Below are positions 30,713 to 40,586 of a DNA stretch of 64,000 bases, in pieces. Numbering within the stretch: position 1 is the stretch's first letter; every line of letters starts with the position of its first letter. The DNA comes from an uncultured Thermoanaerobaculia bacterium. Lineage in GTDB: Bacteria; Acidobacteriota; JBCCFW01. The stretch is taken from positions 8,240 through 72,239 of the forward strand of contig CAZTIW010000019.1 in the NCBI GenBank assembly GCA_964613915.1, read 5' to 3'. The notes under the pieces were generated by a model that searched no databases, was not told the DNA's origin, and saw only the letters and a program-made list of their open reading frames with translations. Made by a program: the position numbers and the translations under genes.

Positions 30713-31659
30713 GCGTCGTGACGCCATCGCCGAGCCTGCTGGCGGTGGAGGGGCTGCGCCACGCCTATCGCGACCGGGTGGTCCTCGACGGCGTGTCGTT
30801 CGACGTGCGCGAGGGCGAGATCTTCGGCCTGCTGGGCCCCAACGGATCCGGCAAGTCCACGGCGCTCGCGCTCCTCGCCGGGATTCTCCCGCGGAACGGG
30901 GGCGCCCTCACCTGGCGCGGCAGGCCGCTGCCCCGCGCCGACCGGGCGTTCCGCTCCGAGGTGGGCGTGGTCTTCCAGCGGCCGGCGGTGGATCCCAAGC
31001 TTTCCGCCTCGCGCAACCTGCACCTCGCCGGCTTGCTGGCGGGACTGGGGCGTGAGGTCACCCGATCGCGCGCGACCGCCCTCCTGGAGGAGGCCGGCCT
31101 CGCGGATCGCGCCTCCGATCCCGTGGAGCAGTTCTCGGGCGGCATGAAGCGCAAGCTGGACATCGCGCGCGCGTTGCTCGCCCGTCCGCGCCTCCTGCTC
31201 ATGGACGAGCCGACCGCCGGTCTGGACGAGGCGGCGTTCCGCGCGACCTGGGAGAGGCTCATGGCCGCCCGGCGCGAGCGGGGGCTCACGATCATCGTCG
31301 CGACGCACCGCCCCGAAGAGGCCGCTCGCTGCGACAGGCTCGCGGTCATCCACGGGGGTCGCATCGCCCGCGTGGCGACGCCCGCGGAGTTGCAGGCGCT
31401 CGTGTCGCGAGACGTCATCGCGCTGGAAGGCCCCGAGCCCGAAGCGCTGCGCCGGGCGCTCGCCGAGCGGCTGGGGCTCGACTCCTTGAACCACGATGGC
31501 CGCGTGCTGGTGGAGTCGGAGAAGGGGCACGAGATCATCCCCAGGATGGTCGAGGCGCTCGCGGGGCTCCGGCTCGACGCCGTGAGCCTGCGCCGGCCGA
31601 CCCTCGCCGACGCGTTCCTCAAGGTCACCGGACACGGTCTCGATGGGGGAACCGCGTGA
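30709..31659 (+). CDS. ABC transporter ATP-binding protein
   Basis: Walker A GPNGSGKST, ABC signature FSGGMKRKL, Walker B LLLMDEPTAGLD. GTGA overlap with ctaB. Confidence 0.8.
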   Translation: MSVVTPSPSLLAVEGLRHAYRDRVVLDGVSFDVREGEIFGLLGPNGSGKSTALALLAGILPRNGGALTWRGRPLPRADRAFRSEVGVVFQRPAVDPKLSASRNLHLAGLLAGLGREVTRSRATALLEEAGLADRASDPVEQFSGGMKRKLDIARALLARPRLLLMDEPTAGLDEAAFRATWERLMAARRERGLTIIVATHRPEEAARCDRLAVIHGGRIARVATPAELQALVSRDVIALEGPEPEALRRALAERLGLDSLNHDGRVLVESEKGHEIIPRMVEALAGLRLDAVSLRRPTLADAFLKVTGHGLDGGTA

Positions 31660-32429
31660 ACGCGTGGCGGCAGGACGTGGGCGTCGTCGCGTGCCTCTGG
31701 CAGCGCGAGATGCTGCGAACGCTCCGGGAGCGCGCGCGATGGGCTGGCGCCGTCGCGCAGCCGCTGCTGTTCTGGCTCATCATCGGCGGCGGCCTCTCGG
31801 GCGCGCTGCGGATTCCCGGGGCCGAGAGCCTCGGCTCGCTCGAGTTCTTCTTCCCGGGGATGCTCGTGATGGTCGTGCTGTTCACGACCATCTTCGCGAC
31901 GATCTCGGTCGTCGAGGATCGCCAGGGAGGCTTCCTGCAGGCGGTTCTCGTCGCCCCGGGATCGCGCCTCGCGCTGGTGGGCGGCAAGGTGGCCGGCGTG
32001 ACGACGCTCTCGATCATCCAGGCGGCGCTCTTCCTGGCCGTCGCGCCATTCTTCGGCTTGCTGGGCCACGGCACGCGATGGGGGAGTCTCCTGGTGGTGA
32101 CGCTGCTCGCCAGCGTCGGCATGGCAGCCATGAACTTCACGGTGGCGTGGCTCCTGAACTCCGTGCAGGCCTACCACGCCATCATGAGCGTCGCGCTCAT
32201 CCCCATGTGGTTCCTCTCGGGCGCCATGTTTCCTTCGCCGGGAGGAGTCCTGGGCGTGCTCATGCGCCTCAACCCGCTGACGTACGCGGTGGACGGGCTG
32301 CGGCGCGCGGTCTCGCCGCAGGCCGCGGGCGTCGCGGGCGCGAGCCTGCCCGCGGCGATCGCCGCGCTGGCGGCCTACGCGGCGGTCATGCTGGTGGTCG
32401 CGACGCTCGCGTGCCGGAGGAAGTCATGA
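31656..32429 (+). CDS. ABC-2 family transporter permease
   Basis: Six transmembrane helices with ABC-2 architecture. GTG start overlapping the ATPase stop. Confidence 0.75.
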   Translation: MNAWRQDVGVVACLWQREMLRTLRERARWAGAVAQPLLFWLIIGGGLSGALRIPGAESLGSLEFFFPGMLVMVVLFTTIFATISVVEDRQGGFLQAVLVAPGSRLALVGGKVAGVTTLSIIQAALFLAVAPFFGLLGHGTRWGSLLVVTLLASVGMAAMNFTVAWLLNSVQAYHAIMSVALIPMWFLSGAMFPSPGGVLGVLMRLNPLTYAVDGLRRAVSPQAAGVAGASLPAAIAALAAYAAVMLVVATLACRRKS

Positions 32430-33052
32430 GCGACGACGCGACGCCCCGGCGCCCCTTCTGGCGCGATCCGTTCGTGATCGCCTTCTTCGCGGGCATCGTC
32501 CTGATCACCGCGTTCATCCCGTTCTTCCGCCGCGTCGCGCCGGTGCCCGAGGTCACGGGGCGCCTGCCCGCGTGGAGCCTCAGCGATCAGCACGGCGCGA
32601 TCGTGTCGAGCACGAGCCTCAGCGGGCGCGTGGTCGTTCTCGGCCTCGCGTCGGCGAGCCAGGACGAGGCCTCGCGTCGCGTCATCGCCGCTTTCGGCCA
32701 TCTCGAGCCCCGCTTCCGGCGCGCCGGCGCCGATGTCGCGCTGGTGCTGGTGGACCTCGACGGCCGCGATGCGGCGACGCGAGCCGCGCTCGTCGCGAAG
32801 GGGCCCGCCTCCATCCAGGTCGTCTCGGGCAGCGCCGAGGCGGCGTGCGACGTCGCGATCGCGGGCTTCGCGCCAGGGACCCCCACGGTGCCCGCGTGCG
32901 AGGCGGCGATCTTCCTGGCGGGGGAGGGGCGCCTTCTGATCGTGGACGGGAACTCGGGCAAGCGCGGCCTGCATCCAGCCACGCTCGATGCCCTCCCGGA
33001 GGCATTCGAGCGGACCCTGCGCGTGTGCGACGTGCAGGCTGGCGGCAGCTGA
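32426..33052 (+). CDS. Membrane-anchored SCO/TlpA-like thioredoxin-fold protein lacking the CxxxC motif
   Basis: N-terminal transmembrane helix and periplasmic thioredoxin-like fold (VVVLGLASASQDEAS sits where the Cys motif would be). ATGA overlap with the permease. Confidence 0.5.
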   Translation: MSDDATPRRPFWRDPFVIAFFAGIVLITAFIPFFRRVAPVPEVTGRLPAWSLSDQHGAIVSSTSLSGRVVVLGLASASQDEASRRVIAAFGHLEPRFRRAGADVALVLVDLDGRDAATRAALVAKGPASIQVVSGSAEAACDVAIAGFAPGTPTVPACEAAIFLAGEGRLLIVDGNSGKRGLHPATLDALPEAFERTLRVCDVQAGGS

Positions 33053-33174
33053 CACCCTGCCTGGCGTCCGGGGGGCTCCCGGCTGCTGCAGGGCTCGCCT
33101 GTCGGCAGCACCGGGGCGGATCGGGTACCATCCCGGCGCCCGGCGCTCCTGCCGCAGCTCCCTCCGAGGTTCCC

Positions 33175-34575
33175 ATGTCGTTTCTCCGCCGGCCTGCGGC
33201 GTCCCTTGCCGTCCTCCCCCTTGCCGTTCTCACGGTCCTGACCGCATGCGCGTCCAAGCCGGCAGGGCAGACCGCGGAAGGCGCTCCGGCCCCGGCCACG
33301 GCGGCCGCGGCGACGGCGGCACCCGAGAGCCCCGCCGCGGAGACCGCGACGCTGATTGCGAGCGCCGACTCGGCCGCCGCGAGCGCCGCGCCTGCCGCCC
33401 CTGCGAGCGACGACGCTCCCGCGGCCCCCGCCAGCGGCTTCGCCGCGGCGTTCCTGTCAGGCGACGTGCAGAAGACCGCCTCGGGCGTCGAGTACGTGGA
33501 CACGAAGGTCGGCACGGGGCCCGCGCTCGCCGCCGGTAGCATCGGCGTGCTCGAGTTCACGGGCTGGCTCGGCGACGGCAAGGAGTTCGACTCGTCGAAG
33601 GAGCGTCCGGGCGAGTTCTGCTTCCTGCTCGGCTCTCCGCGGTCCATCGCCTTCTTCAACGAGGGTCTGGCGGGCATGAAGGCTGGCGGCACGCGTCGCG
33701 TGCGCGTGGCGCCCGCCCAGGGTTACGGCGCGGCCGGCCGCCCGCCGATCATCCCCCCCAACTCGACGCTGCTGTTCGAGGTGAAGATGCTCGACCTGCG
33801 CCAGAGCACGACGAAGCCGGACACGAGCAAGCTCAAGTTCAAGGAGACGCCGAGCGGCCTGCGCTGGGCCGACCTCGCGGCTGGAGCGGGGGATCCCGTC
33901 GTGGAGGGGAGCACGGCCAGCGTCCACTACTCCGGCTTCCTCGAAGACGGAACGAAGTTCGACTCGTCCGTGGATCGCTGCCAGCCCTTCGACGTCAAGA
34001 ACATCGGCCGCGCGCCCGTCATCCCTGGCTGGAACGAGGGGCTGGTCGGCATGAAGGCCGGCGGTCGCCGCGTGCTCGTCATCCCTCCGGGGCTGGCCTA
34101 TGGCTCCGAGGGGCGCCCCCCCGTCATCCCGCAGAACGCCACGCTCACGTTCGAGATCGAGGTCCTCTCGATCTCGCCCCCTCCCAAGGCGCCTGAACCC
34201 ATGACCTTCCCCGAGATCGCCACGCTCAAGCTGACGTCCAACCCCTCCGGTCTTCGCTGGGCCGACGTCCGGCCCGGCAAGGGGGCCGAGATCAAGAAGG
34301 GCTCGACGGCGGCCCTGCACTACACGGGCTGGCTCGAGAGCGGCAAGGAGTTCGACTCCTCCGTGCCGCGCGGCGAGACCTTCGATCTCCGCGACATCGG
34401 CAACTCGCCCGTCATCCCGGGGTGGAACGAGGGCCTGGTGGGCATCAAGGAAGGCGGGCGTCGCGTGCTCGTCATCCCGCCCGATCTGGCCTACGGCGCG
34501 AGCGGGTATCCGCCGGTGATCCCGCCGAACTCCACGCTCGTGTTCATGATCGAGGCCGTCAAGGTCACGCCCTGA
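33175..34575 (+). CDS. Lipoprotein with three tandem FKBP-type peptidyl-prolyl cis-trans isomerase domains
   Basis: Lipobox LTAC. Three repeats of the FKBP signature (GxxV..HYxGxLxDGxxFDSS...PxxF.LG...I.GW.EGL.GMK.GG.R.L.IPP.LAYG). Confidence 0.75.
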   Translation: MSFLRRPAASLAVLPLAVLTVLTACASKPAGQTAEGAPAPATAAAATAAPESPAAETATLIASADSAAASAAPAAPASDDAPAAPASGFAAAFLSGDVQKTASGVEYVDTKVGTGPALAAGSIGVLEFTGWLGDGKEFDSSKERPGEFCFLLGSPRSIAFFNEGLAGMKAGGTRRVRVAPAQGYGAAGRPPIIPPNSTLLFEVKMLDLRQSTTKPDTSKLKFKETPSGLRWADLAAGAGDPVVEGSTASVHYSGFLEDGTKFDSSVDRCQPFDVKNIGRAPVIPGWNEGLVGMKAGGRRVLVIPPGLAYGSEGRPPVIPQNATLTFEIEVLSISPPPKAPEPMTFPEIATLKLTSNPSGLRWADVRPGKGAEIKKGSTAALHYTGWLESGKEFDSSVPRGETFDLRDIGNSPVIPGWNEGLVGIKEGGRRVLVIPPDLAYGASGYPPVIPPNSTLVFMIEAVKVTP

Positions 34576-34579
34576 TCGC

Positions 34580-36142
34580 TTGAGAGGCCCGGGCCGCGAC
34601 GGTGGGAAGCGCGGGGGCGATCGCTCGCCCCCGCGGTCCGTCCTGCGCGAGTACCTGGCCTGGGTCGCGGCGGGCGTGCTCGCCGCGAGCCCGTTCCAGG
34701 CGGACGCCCTCGAGCCGCTGGTCGTCGTGGCGCCCATCCCCCTGCTCTGGCTGGCCGTCACGCAGGAGCGGCCGCGATTCCTGCCCGCATGGCTCGGTCT
34801 CAGCGTGGCCGTCGGCGCGGGGCTGTGGTGGCTCAACGACGTGCACCCGGTGGCGACGATGGTCTGTGCCGTGTACTTCTCGCTGTACCCGGTGGCGGGG
34901 CTTCTCGCGATCGCGCGCTTGCGCGCGCGCTTCCGCATGCCGCTCGTCGCGCTCGCCCCGCTCGGCGTGCTGGCCTACGAGACGCTGCTGCAGCGTTTCA
35001 GCTTGCTGGAGACGACGTTCCTGGCGTGGGGAACCCTCGCCTGGCGATGGATCGACCTCGCGCAGGTCGCGTCCATCGGGGGCGTGAGCCTCGTCTCGGC
35101 GGCGCTCTGGCTCGTTCCCGCGGGCCTGACGGATGCCCTCCTCGCGATGCGGGCGAACCGCTCGGCCGCGAAGCGGCCAGCGACATGGGCGCCGCTGGGC
35201 GCCGGGCTCGCGCTGCTCGGCGTCTTCGTTCTCGCGGGCCAGGCACTGCGGCCCGGCCTCGAGCCCGCGCCGCTGATGCGCGTGGCGCTCGTGCAGGGGA
35301 ACGTCCCGCAGGCGGTTCGCAATCGGCCGACCGCGGTCGCTGACATCGTGCGGCAGCATGCGCGCCTCACCGAGGAACGAGCGCAGCCGCCGCTCGACCT
35401 GGTCGCCTGGCCCGAGAGCACGGCCTCGCTGCCGCTCGAGCGGGACGCGGCGGCGCGGGCGCTCATCGGCGGCGTCGCGCGTCGTGCCGGCGCGCCGGTC
35501 CTGCTGGGCGCCATCGGGCTCAACGACGACGGCCCGCCGTCCAACTCGGCGTTCCTGGTGGACCGGGACGGCGTCATCACCGGGCGCTCCGACAAGCGCA
35601 TCCTCGTCCCGGGCGCGGAGACGCTGCTGCTGATTGACAGGATTCCCGCGCTGCGCGATCCGCTCGTGGAGGCCCTCTCGCGCGCCCTGCACTTCAGGCC
35701 CTACCTGCGCGCCGGCCGCGAGAGTCCGGTGCACCTCGCGAAGGGCGTGCCCGTGGGCGTGCTCATCTGCTACGACGACATCGTCTCGGGCATCGCCGAG
35801 GAGCTGCGAGCGCGCGGCGCGGTGGCGCTCGTGACGATCACGAACGAGGCCTGGTTCGGCCGCGGCGAGCTGCGGCAGCACCTGGCGATGGCGATCTTCC
35901 GCTGCATCGAGACGCGGCTTCCGATGGCGCGCTGCGGCAACGACGGCATCACGTGCGTGATCGATCCTGCCGGCCGCGTCGTGGAAAGCCTCCCAGCGGG
36001 AACGGAGGACGTGCTGGTCGCCTTCGTCCCCTCGACGGCCGCGCAGCCGATTCCGCCGGCCGTCCGCGCGATCGTGGGCTGGGCCAGCGTCGCGCTCGTC
36101 CTCGCGGGGATCCTCCTCGCCTCGCGCCGGACGAGATCATGA
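34580..36142 (+). CDS. lnt: Apolipoprotein N-acyltransferase
   Basis: N-terminal polytopic membrane domain plus a C-terminal CN-hydrolase domain with the catalytic E-K-C triad context (LVAWPESTAS ... GVLICYDD). A TTG start is assumed; the start is uncertain. Confidence 0.7.
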   Translation: MRGPGRDGGKRGGDRSPPRSVLREYLAWVAAGVLAASPFQADALEPLVVVAPIPLLWLAVTQERPRFLPAWLGLSVAVGAGLWWLNDVHPVATMVCAVYFSLYPVAGLLAIARLRARFRMPLVALAPLGVLAYETLLQRFSLLETTFLAWGTLAWRWIDLAQVASIGGVSLVSAALWLVPAGLTDALLAMRANRSAAKRPATWAPLGAGLALLGVFVLAGQALRPGLEPAPLMRVALVQGNVPQAVRNRPTAVADIVRQHARLTEERAQPPLDLVAWPESTASLPLERDAAARALIGGVARRAGAPVLLGAIGLNDDGPPSNSAFLVDRDGVITGRSDKRILVPGAETLLLIDRIPALRDPLVEALSRALHFRPYLRAGRESPVHLAKGVPVGVLICYDDIVSGIAEELRARGAVALVTITNEAWFGRGELRQHLAMAIFRCIETRLPMARCGNDGITCVIDPAGRVVESLPAGTEDVLVAFVPSTAAQPIPPAVRAIVGWASVALVLAGILLASRRTRS

Positions 36143-37728
36143 GCCGCGCACCGCGCGTGCTGATCGTTCACGAGGTGCCGCTCCGCGGCGACGACGCCGA
36201 TCTCGCGCGCGCGCTCGCGGCGCGCATCGGTGTCGATCCCGGTCGCGTCCAGCACGCTCGCGTGATCAAGGAGAGCGTGGACGCGCGCCGTCGTCCTCCG
36301 GTCCGGCTCGCGACCGTCGAGGCCGTCGTGCTGGGGGGCGCCGATGTTCTCGCGGCGCGGCGCGGCGATCCCGGCCTGCGGGACGGCCAGGCGCCCGCGT
36401 GGCGCCCGCCGCCGGGTACCAGGCGCATCGGGCGGCATCCCATCGTGGTCGGCGCCGGCCCCGCCGGCCTGTTCTGCGCGCTGGAACTCGCGCGTCGCGG
36501 GCTGCGCCCGCTCCTCGTGGATCGCGGCAAGCCCGTGCGGCCGCGCTGGAAGGACGTGAGAGCGTACTGGTCGCGCGGCGTGCTGGATCCCGAGAGCAAC
36601 GTGGCCTACGGCGAGGGCGGCGCCGGGACGTTCTCGGATGGCAAGGTCTACACGCGACGCAACGATCCGCGGAACGCGTTCATCCTCGAGACGCTGGCGC
36701 GCGCGGGGCAGGCTCCGGACATCCTCACCGCCGCGCGCCCGCACCTCGGCACGAACCGGCTTTCTCGCGCGCTGCTCGCGCTGCGCCAGGAGCTCGAGTC
36801 CGCGGGCGTGACGTACCGGTTCGAGGCGCCGCTGACGAGCCTCGAGGCGAGCGGGGGACAGGTGCGGGCGGCCTTCATCGGGGGCGAGCGTTTCGAGACG
36901 GACGCCGTCTTCCTCGCGGCGGGCCACAGCGCGCGCGACGTGCACGGGCTGCTGCTCGACGCGGGCGCCGTGCTCGAGGCGCGGCCGTTCGCGATCGGAG
37001 CGCGCATCGAGCATCCGCAGGCCATGGTGGACCGCAGCCAGTATGGCGACGCGGGCCGGGCCGAAGCGCTCGGCGCCGCCAGCTACATGCTCACGTGGGC
37101 CGACGCCGCCACGGGGGATGCCGCCCACACGTTCTGCACGTGTCCCGGCGGCGAGATCGTCGCCGCTTCGACCGATCCCGACGGGCTGACCGTGAATGGC
37201 ATGTCGTACAGCCATCGGCTCCAGCCGTTCTGCAACTCCGCGATCGTCGTCGAGGTCGGACCGGCCGACTACGGCGGCGAGGGCCCGCTCGCGGGCGTCG
37301 GCTTCCAGCGGCGTCTCGAGCATGTCGCCGCGAGCGAGGGCGGCGGCTCCGGCCGGGCGCCGGCGCAGCGCGTGGCGGACTTCATGGCCGGGCGCGCCTC
37401 GAGCGGCGAGTGGGAGACGTCGTACCGGCTCGGCATTCGCGGCACGGACATCGCGTGCGTGCTGCCGCCACGCGTCGTCGCGGCCATGCGCTCGGCGATC
37501 GCCAGCTTCGGTCAGCGACTCCGGGGCTTCGATCGCGAGGGAACGCTCATCGCGATCGAGGCGCGGACGACCTCGCCGGTGCGCGTCGTTCGCGATCCCG
37601 ACACGGGGGAGGCGCCGGGGTTGCGAGGGCTCTTCCCGGTCGGCGAGGGGGCCGGCTACGCCGGCGGGATCGTGTCGGCCGCCAGCGACGGCCTGCGCGC
37701 CGCCGAGCGCATCGAGGCCATGACCTGA
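36139..37728 (+). CDS. FAD-dependent oxidoreductase (COG2509-like)
   Basis: Rossmann motif VVGAGPAGLFCALELARRG. ATGA overlap with lnt. Confidence 0.7.
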   Translation: MSRAPRVLIVHEVPLRGDDADLARALAARIGVDPGRVQHARVIKESVDARRRPPVRLATVEAVVLGGADVLAARRGDPGLRDGQAPAWRPPPGTRRIGRHPIVVGAGPAGLFCALELARRGLRPLLVDRGKPVRPRWKDVRAYWSRGVLDPESNVAYGEGGAGTFSDGKVYTRRNDPRNAFILETLARAGQAPDILTAARPHLGTNRLSRALLALRQELESAGVTYRFEAPLTSLEASGGQVRAAFIGGERFETDAVFLAAGHSARDVHGLLLDAGAVLEARPFAIGARIEHPQAMVDRSQYGDAGRAEALGAASYMLTWADAATGDAAHTFCTCPGGEIVAASTDPDGLTVNGMSYSHRLQPFCNSAIVVEVGPADYGGEGPLAGVGFQRRLEHVAASEGGGSGRAPAQRVADFMAGRASSGEWETSYRLGIRGTDIACVLPPRVVAAMRSAIASFGQRLRGFDREGTLIAIEARTTSPVRVVRDPDTGEAPGLRGLFPVGEGAGYAGGIVSAASDGLRAAERIEAMT

Positions 37729-37799
37729 AGGCGACCGCGACGGCGTCCCGTGATCATCGAGCGTCCGTTGCGGCGTGGTCTTGGTTCGTGAGACGTGCT

Positions 37800-39083
37800 C
37801 TAGCCACCATCGCTGGCCGGCTGACGGCGCACGCGAATGGCGCCGCCGCCGGACTCGAGCCGCACCGCGGGCCCGCCCGAGCCCACGCGCCTCTGCACGC
37901 GCGCGCCGAGCCCGCTCGAGGTCGCGATCTTCCCGCCGTCGTCCACGAAGATGGACGCGAGACCGGTCTCGGCGTCGAGCTCGAACCCCGGGCCGAGCAC
38001 GGCCAGGTCAATCTCGCCCATGCCCGTCTCGATGGACAGGCGCTCGCGGAGCGAGTTCGTCCGCACCGACACCTGGCCCATGCCCACCTCGATGCGCACG
38101 CTCCCCGGTGAGCCCGTCACGCTGACCGAGCCCGCGCCCGTCTGCACCTGCACGGCTTCTCGCGCGTCCTCGACCGTCACGTCGCCGGCGCCCGTCGCGA
38201 CCTCGACCGAGCGACTGACCGAGATGAGGCGCACGTCCCCGGCGCCGGTCTCGACCTGGGCGTCGCCGCGCACGCGCTCGAGCGTCACGTCGCCCGCGCC
38301 CGTCTCGACGTGCAGGTTCAGCGCGGCGTCGGCGCACGTGAGGTTGCCCAGTCCCGTCTCGATGCGCGCGACGGTGCCCGGCGGCAGCTCCACGCGGACC
38401 GAGCGGATCATCGAGTCGGTGAAGACGCCGCCCCGTCCCGAGAGCACGCGCGCGAACCCCGCCATGCCCGATCGCGGGCCGTCGCGGGCCTCGATCTCGA
38501 TGGCCAGCGAGCCATCATCGTGCTGGATCTCACGCCAGGTTGGCCCCGGATCCGTTGCGCCGCGATCACGATCGAGAACCAGCGCGATGCGGACGGTTTC
38601 GACCGGACCCTCCACGACGGTGACGTCGCCGCGATCCAGGCTCAGGCGGAAGCGCCCCGACTGAGGAGCCGGCCAGCTCCGCTCCTCCACGATGCCCGGA
38701 CCCTGCGCGGCCGCGCGGCTCGGGCGGGTCGCGACGGCGGCCGCGGTGGACGCCGCGGCGGCGGCGGTGGACGCGGCGGCGGTGGTTGCCGTCGCGGTGG
38801 CTGCGCGTGTCGCCTGGTGCATGGCGGCCATCTCCGCGGCCATGACCTCACCGTGCAGGCCGGTCACGTGCTGATGGACGGCATGTACCGGCAGGCTAGC
38901 GGCCCGTGCGTCGCCGGGCGCCGCGGGCGGCGCAGGGGGAGGCGGGGGGGGCCAGATCTCGGCCTGGTTCGCGAGGCTCTGGTCGCGCGGGCTGCGCGCG
39001 AGGACGGCCAGGGCCGTGACGGCGGACACGAACAGGAACCAGGCCAGCCAGCGGCGGCGGGGCGGCATGTCGGACAGGGGCAT
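37800..39083 (-). CDS. DUF4097-like putative adhesin or beta-helix repeat membrane-anchored protein
   Basis: N-terminal transmembrane helix, Ala/Thr-rich linker, then repeated ETGAGDV / ETGMGE beta-helix-like units. Confidence 0.6.
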   Translation of the reverse strand: MPLSDMPPRRRWLAWFLFVSAVTALAVLARSPRDQSLANQAEIWPPPPPPAPPAAPGDARAASLPVHAVHQHVTGLHGEVMAAEMAAMHQATRAATATATTAAASTAAAAASTAAAVATRPSRAAAQGPGIVEERSWPAPQSGRFRLSLDRGDVTVVEGPVETVRIALVLDRDRGATDPGPTWREIQHDDGSLAIEIEARDGPRSGMAGFARVLSGRGGVFTDSMIRSVRVELPPGTVARIETGLGNLTCADAALNLHVETGAGDVTLERVRGDAQVETGAGDVRLISVSRSVEVATGAGDVTVEDAREAVQVQTGAGSVSVTGSPGSVRIEVGMGQVSVRTNSLRERLSIETGMGEIDLAVLGPGFELDAETGLASIFVDDGGKIATSSGLGARVQRRVGSGGPAVRLESGGGAIRVRRQPASDGG

Positions 39084-39197
39084 GAGCGGGGCTCCGGGCG
39101 GAACGGAGGCCCATGCGAGGGGGAGGGCCGCCGCGTTCGGAAGACCCTACGGGAGCGAGCGGTCGGCGAGTTCCCGGAGCCAGCCGGGAACGACCGG

Positions 39198-40115
39198 TCA
39201 GCGCATCGTGGCCGGCTCCATCTCGTGCAGCTCGCAGCGGTTCCTGCCGCGGTTCTTGGCGCGGTAGAGGGCGACATCGGCGGTCTGCACCAGCGCCTCG
39301 ACCGTGCGGCCGTGGTTGGGGAAGACGGAGATGCCGATGGAGATGCGCACCTGGTAGAGCGTGTCCTCATGGCGGAACCAGCGCGAGCCGATGGCCTCGC
39401 GGATCCGCTCGGCCACGACCATGGCCTCGTCGCCCTCGGTCTCGGGCAGGTACGTCACGAATTCCTCGCCACCGTAGCGGCCGTTCACGTCCACGGTGCG
39501 CGTCGTCTCGCGGATGATGCGGCCGACCTCGGAGAGGCAGTGAGAGCCGACCAGGTGTCCGTGCGTGTCGTTGACCTGCTTGAAGTGGTCCAGGTCCATC
39601 ATGAGCACGCTGAGGGGGTGGCAGTACCGTTCCGCGCGCACGAGTTCCTTTTCCAGGGCGCGGAAGAACGATCGCTTCGTCAGGAGCCCCGTCAGGTCGT
39701 CCACGTGGATCATCTCGACGATGCGCGACTGGTAGGCCAGGTCGGCGCTGTCGAGGATCGAGAACTTCACGGTGCTGCCGCCGATCACGATCTTGTCGCC
39801 GCTCTGGAGCGGCGCGCGATCCACGGGCTCGCCGTTGAGGAACGTGCCGTTGGTGGACGCCAGGTCCATGATCTCGAACTCGCCCGGGCCGGGCCCCGTG
39901 CGGCGGATGACGGCATGGCGGCGCGAGACCCGCGTCTCGGGCAGGACGATGTCGCAGTCGGCCGTGCGCCCGAAGACCGTCTCGTCCTTGCGGAGCGAGT
40001 GGAGGGCGCCGATCTCGTCGCCGTCATACACGATGACCGCGGCGGTGGCGTCGTCCATCACGGCGGGCGCCGGAGGCGCCTGGATGGCGATTTGCTTGGT
40101 TCCGTCGTCGTCCAC
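39198..40115 (-). CDS. FHA domain-containing diguanylate cyclase (GGDEF)
   Basis: FHA signature (FGRTADCDIVLPETRVSRRHAVI...NGTFLNG). GGEEF active site with the RYGGEEF context. Confidence 0.8.
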   Translation of the reverse strand: MDDDGTKQIAIQAPPAPAVMDDATAAVIVYDGDEIGALHSLRKDETVFGRTADCDIVLPETRVSRRHAVIRRTGPGPGEFEIMDLASTNGTFLNGEPVDRAPLQSGDKIVIGGSTVKFSILDSADLAYQSRIVEMIHVDDLTGLLTKRSFFRALEKELVRAERYCHPLSVLMMDLDHFKQVNDTHGHLVGSHCLSEVGRIIRETTRTVDVNGRYGGEEFVTYLPETEGDEAMVVAERIREAIGSRWFRHEDTLYQVRISIGISVFPNHGRTVEALVQTADVALYRAKNRGRNRCELHEMEPATMR

Positions 40116-40282
40116 GTTCCGCTCTCGGGAAGGGGGGCCAGCCCGGTGCGGGCGGCCTCCTGAGCCAGAAGTTCGGCTCCGGTGAGCCCGATCTTGAGCG
40201 GGGATGTCCCGGATCGGGCCACGGCGCCCCGCAAGCTGACTCCAGGACCCTCTCCCGCCGTCCCGCCGCCCCCATGGCTCAC

Positions 40283-40311
40283 TTGACCCCCCCCGATCCG
40301 CCCCCTAGAAT
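40283..40311 (+). promoter_or_regulatory. Sigma70-type promoter for tRNA-Arg (TTGACC-N17-TAGAAT)
   Basis: Near-consensus -35/-10 hexamers with a 17-nt spacer, ending 21 nt upstream of the tRNA 5' end. Coordinates may be off by 1 nt. Confidence 0.45.
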
Positions 40312-40332
40312 CCCCGTTCCTTCCGCCCCCAT

Positions 40333-40409
40333 GCGCCCGTAGCTCAGTTGGATAGAGCATCTGACTACGAATCAGAAGGCCGCACGTTCGAGTCGTGCCG
40401 GGCGCACCA
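40333..40409 (+). tRNA. tRNA-Arg (anticodon ACG) with encoded CCA
   Basis: Cloverleaf: acceptor GCGCCCG/CGGGCGC; D-arm GCTCAGTTGGATAGAGC; anticodon stem TCTGA/TCAGA with loop CTACGAA; T-arm GCACG-TTCGAGT-CGTGC; discriminator A, then CCA. Confidence 0.85.
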
Positions 40410-40586
40410 GCGGATCTGACGCATTGCACGTTGAAAGGCGGCAGATCGGGGCAAACGCATACAGCGCGCCGAACGTCGTGTTGCGCGCCAGCGTGACTGG
40501 GATCCGGAAGCAAGACGGAAGCAACGCCGGCGGTCCGGCGGGCTTGCACGCACCCGGCCGGCGGCGTGTTCGACTAGGATCTGCAC

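Noticed and set aside
30709-33052. Interpretation of ABC ATPase + ABC-2 permease + lipoprotein as a NosFYL copper-delivery system
   Set aside because: No NosD, NosZ or NosR nearby. The lipoprotein at 28336 has no NosL-like Met/His copper site that I could recognise. The permease is generic ABC-2.
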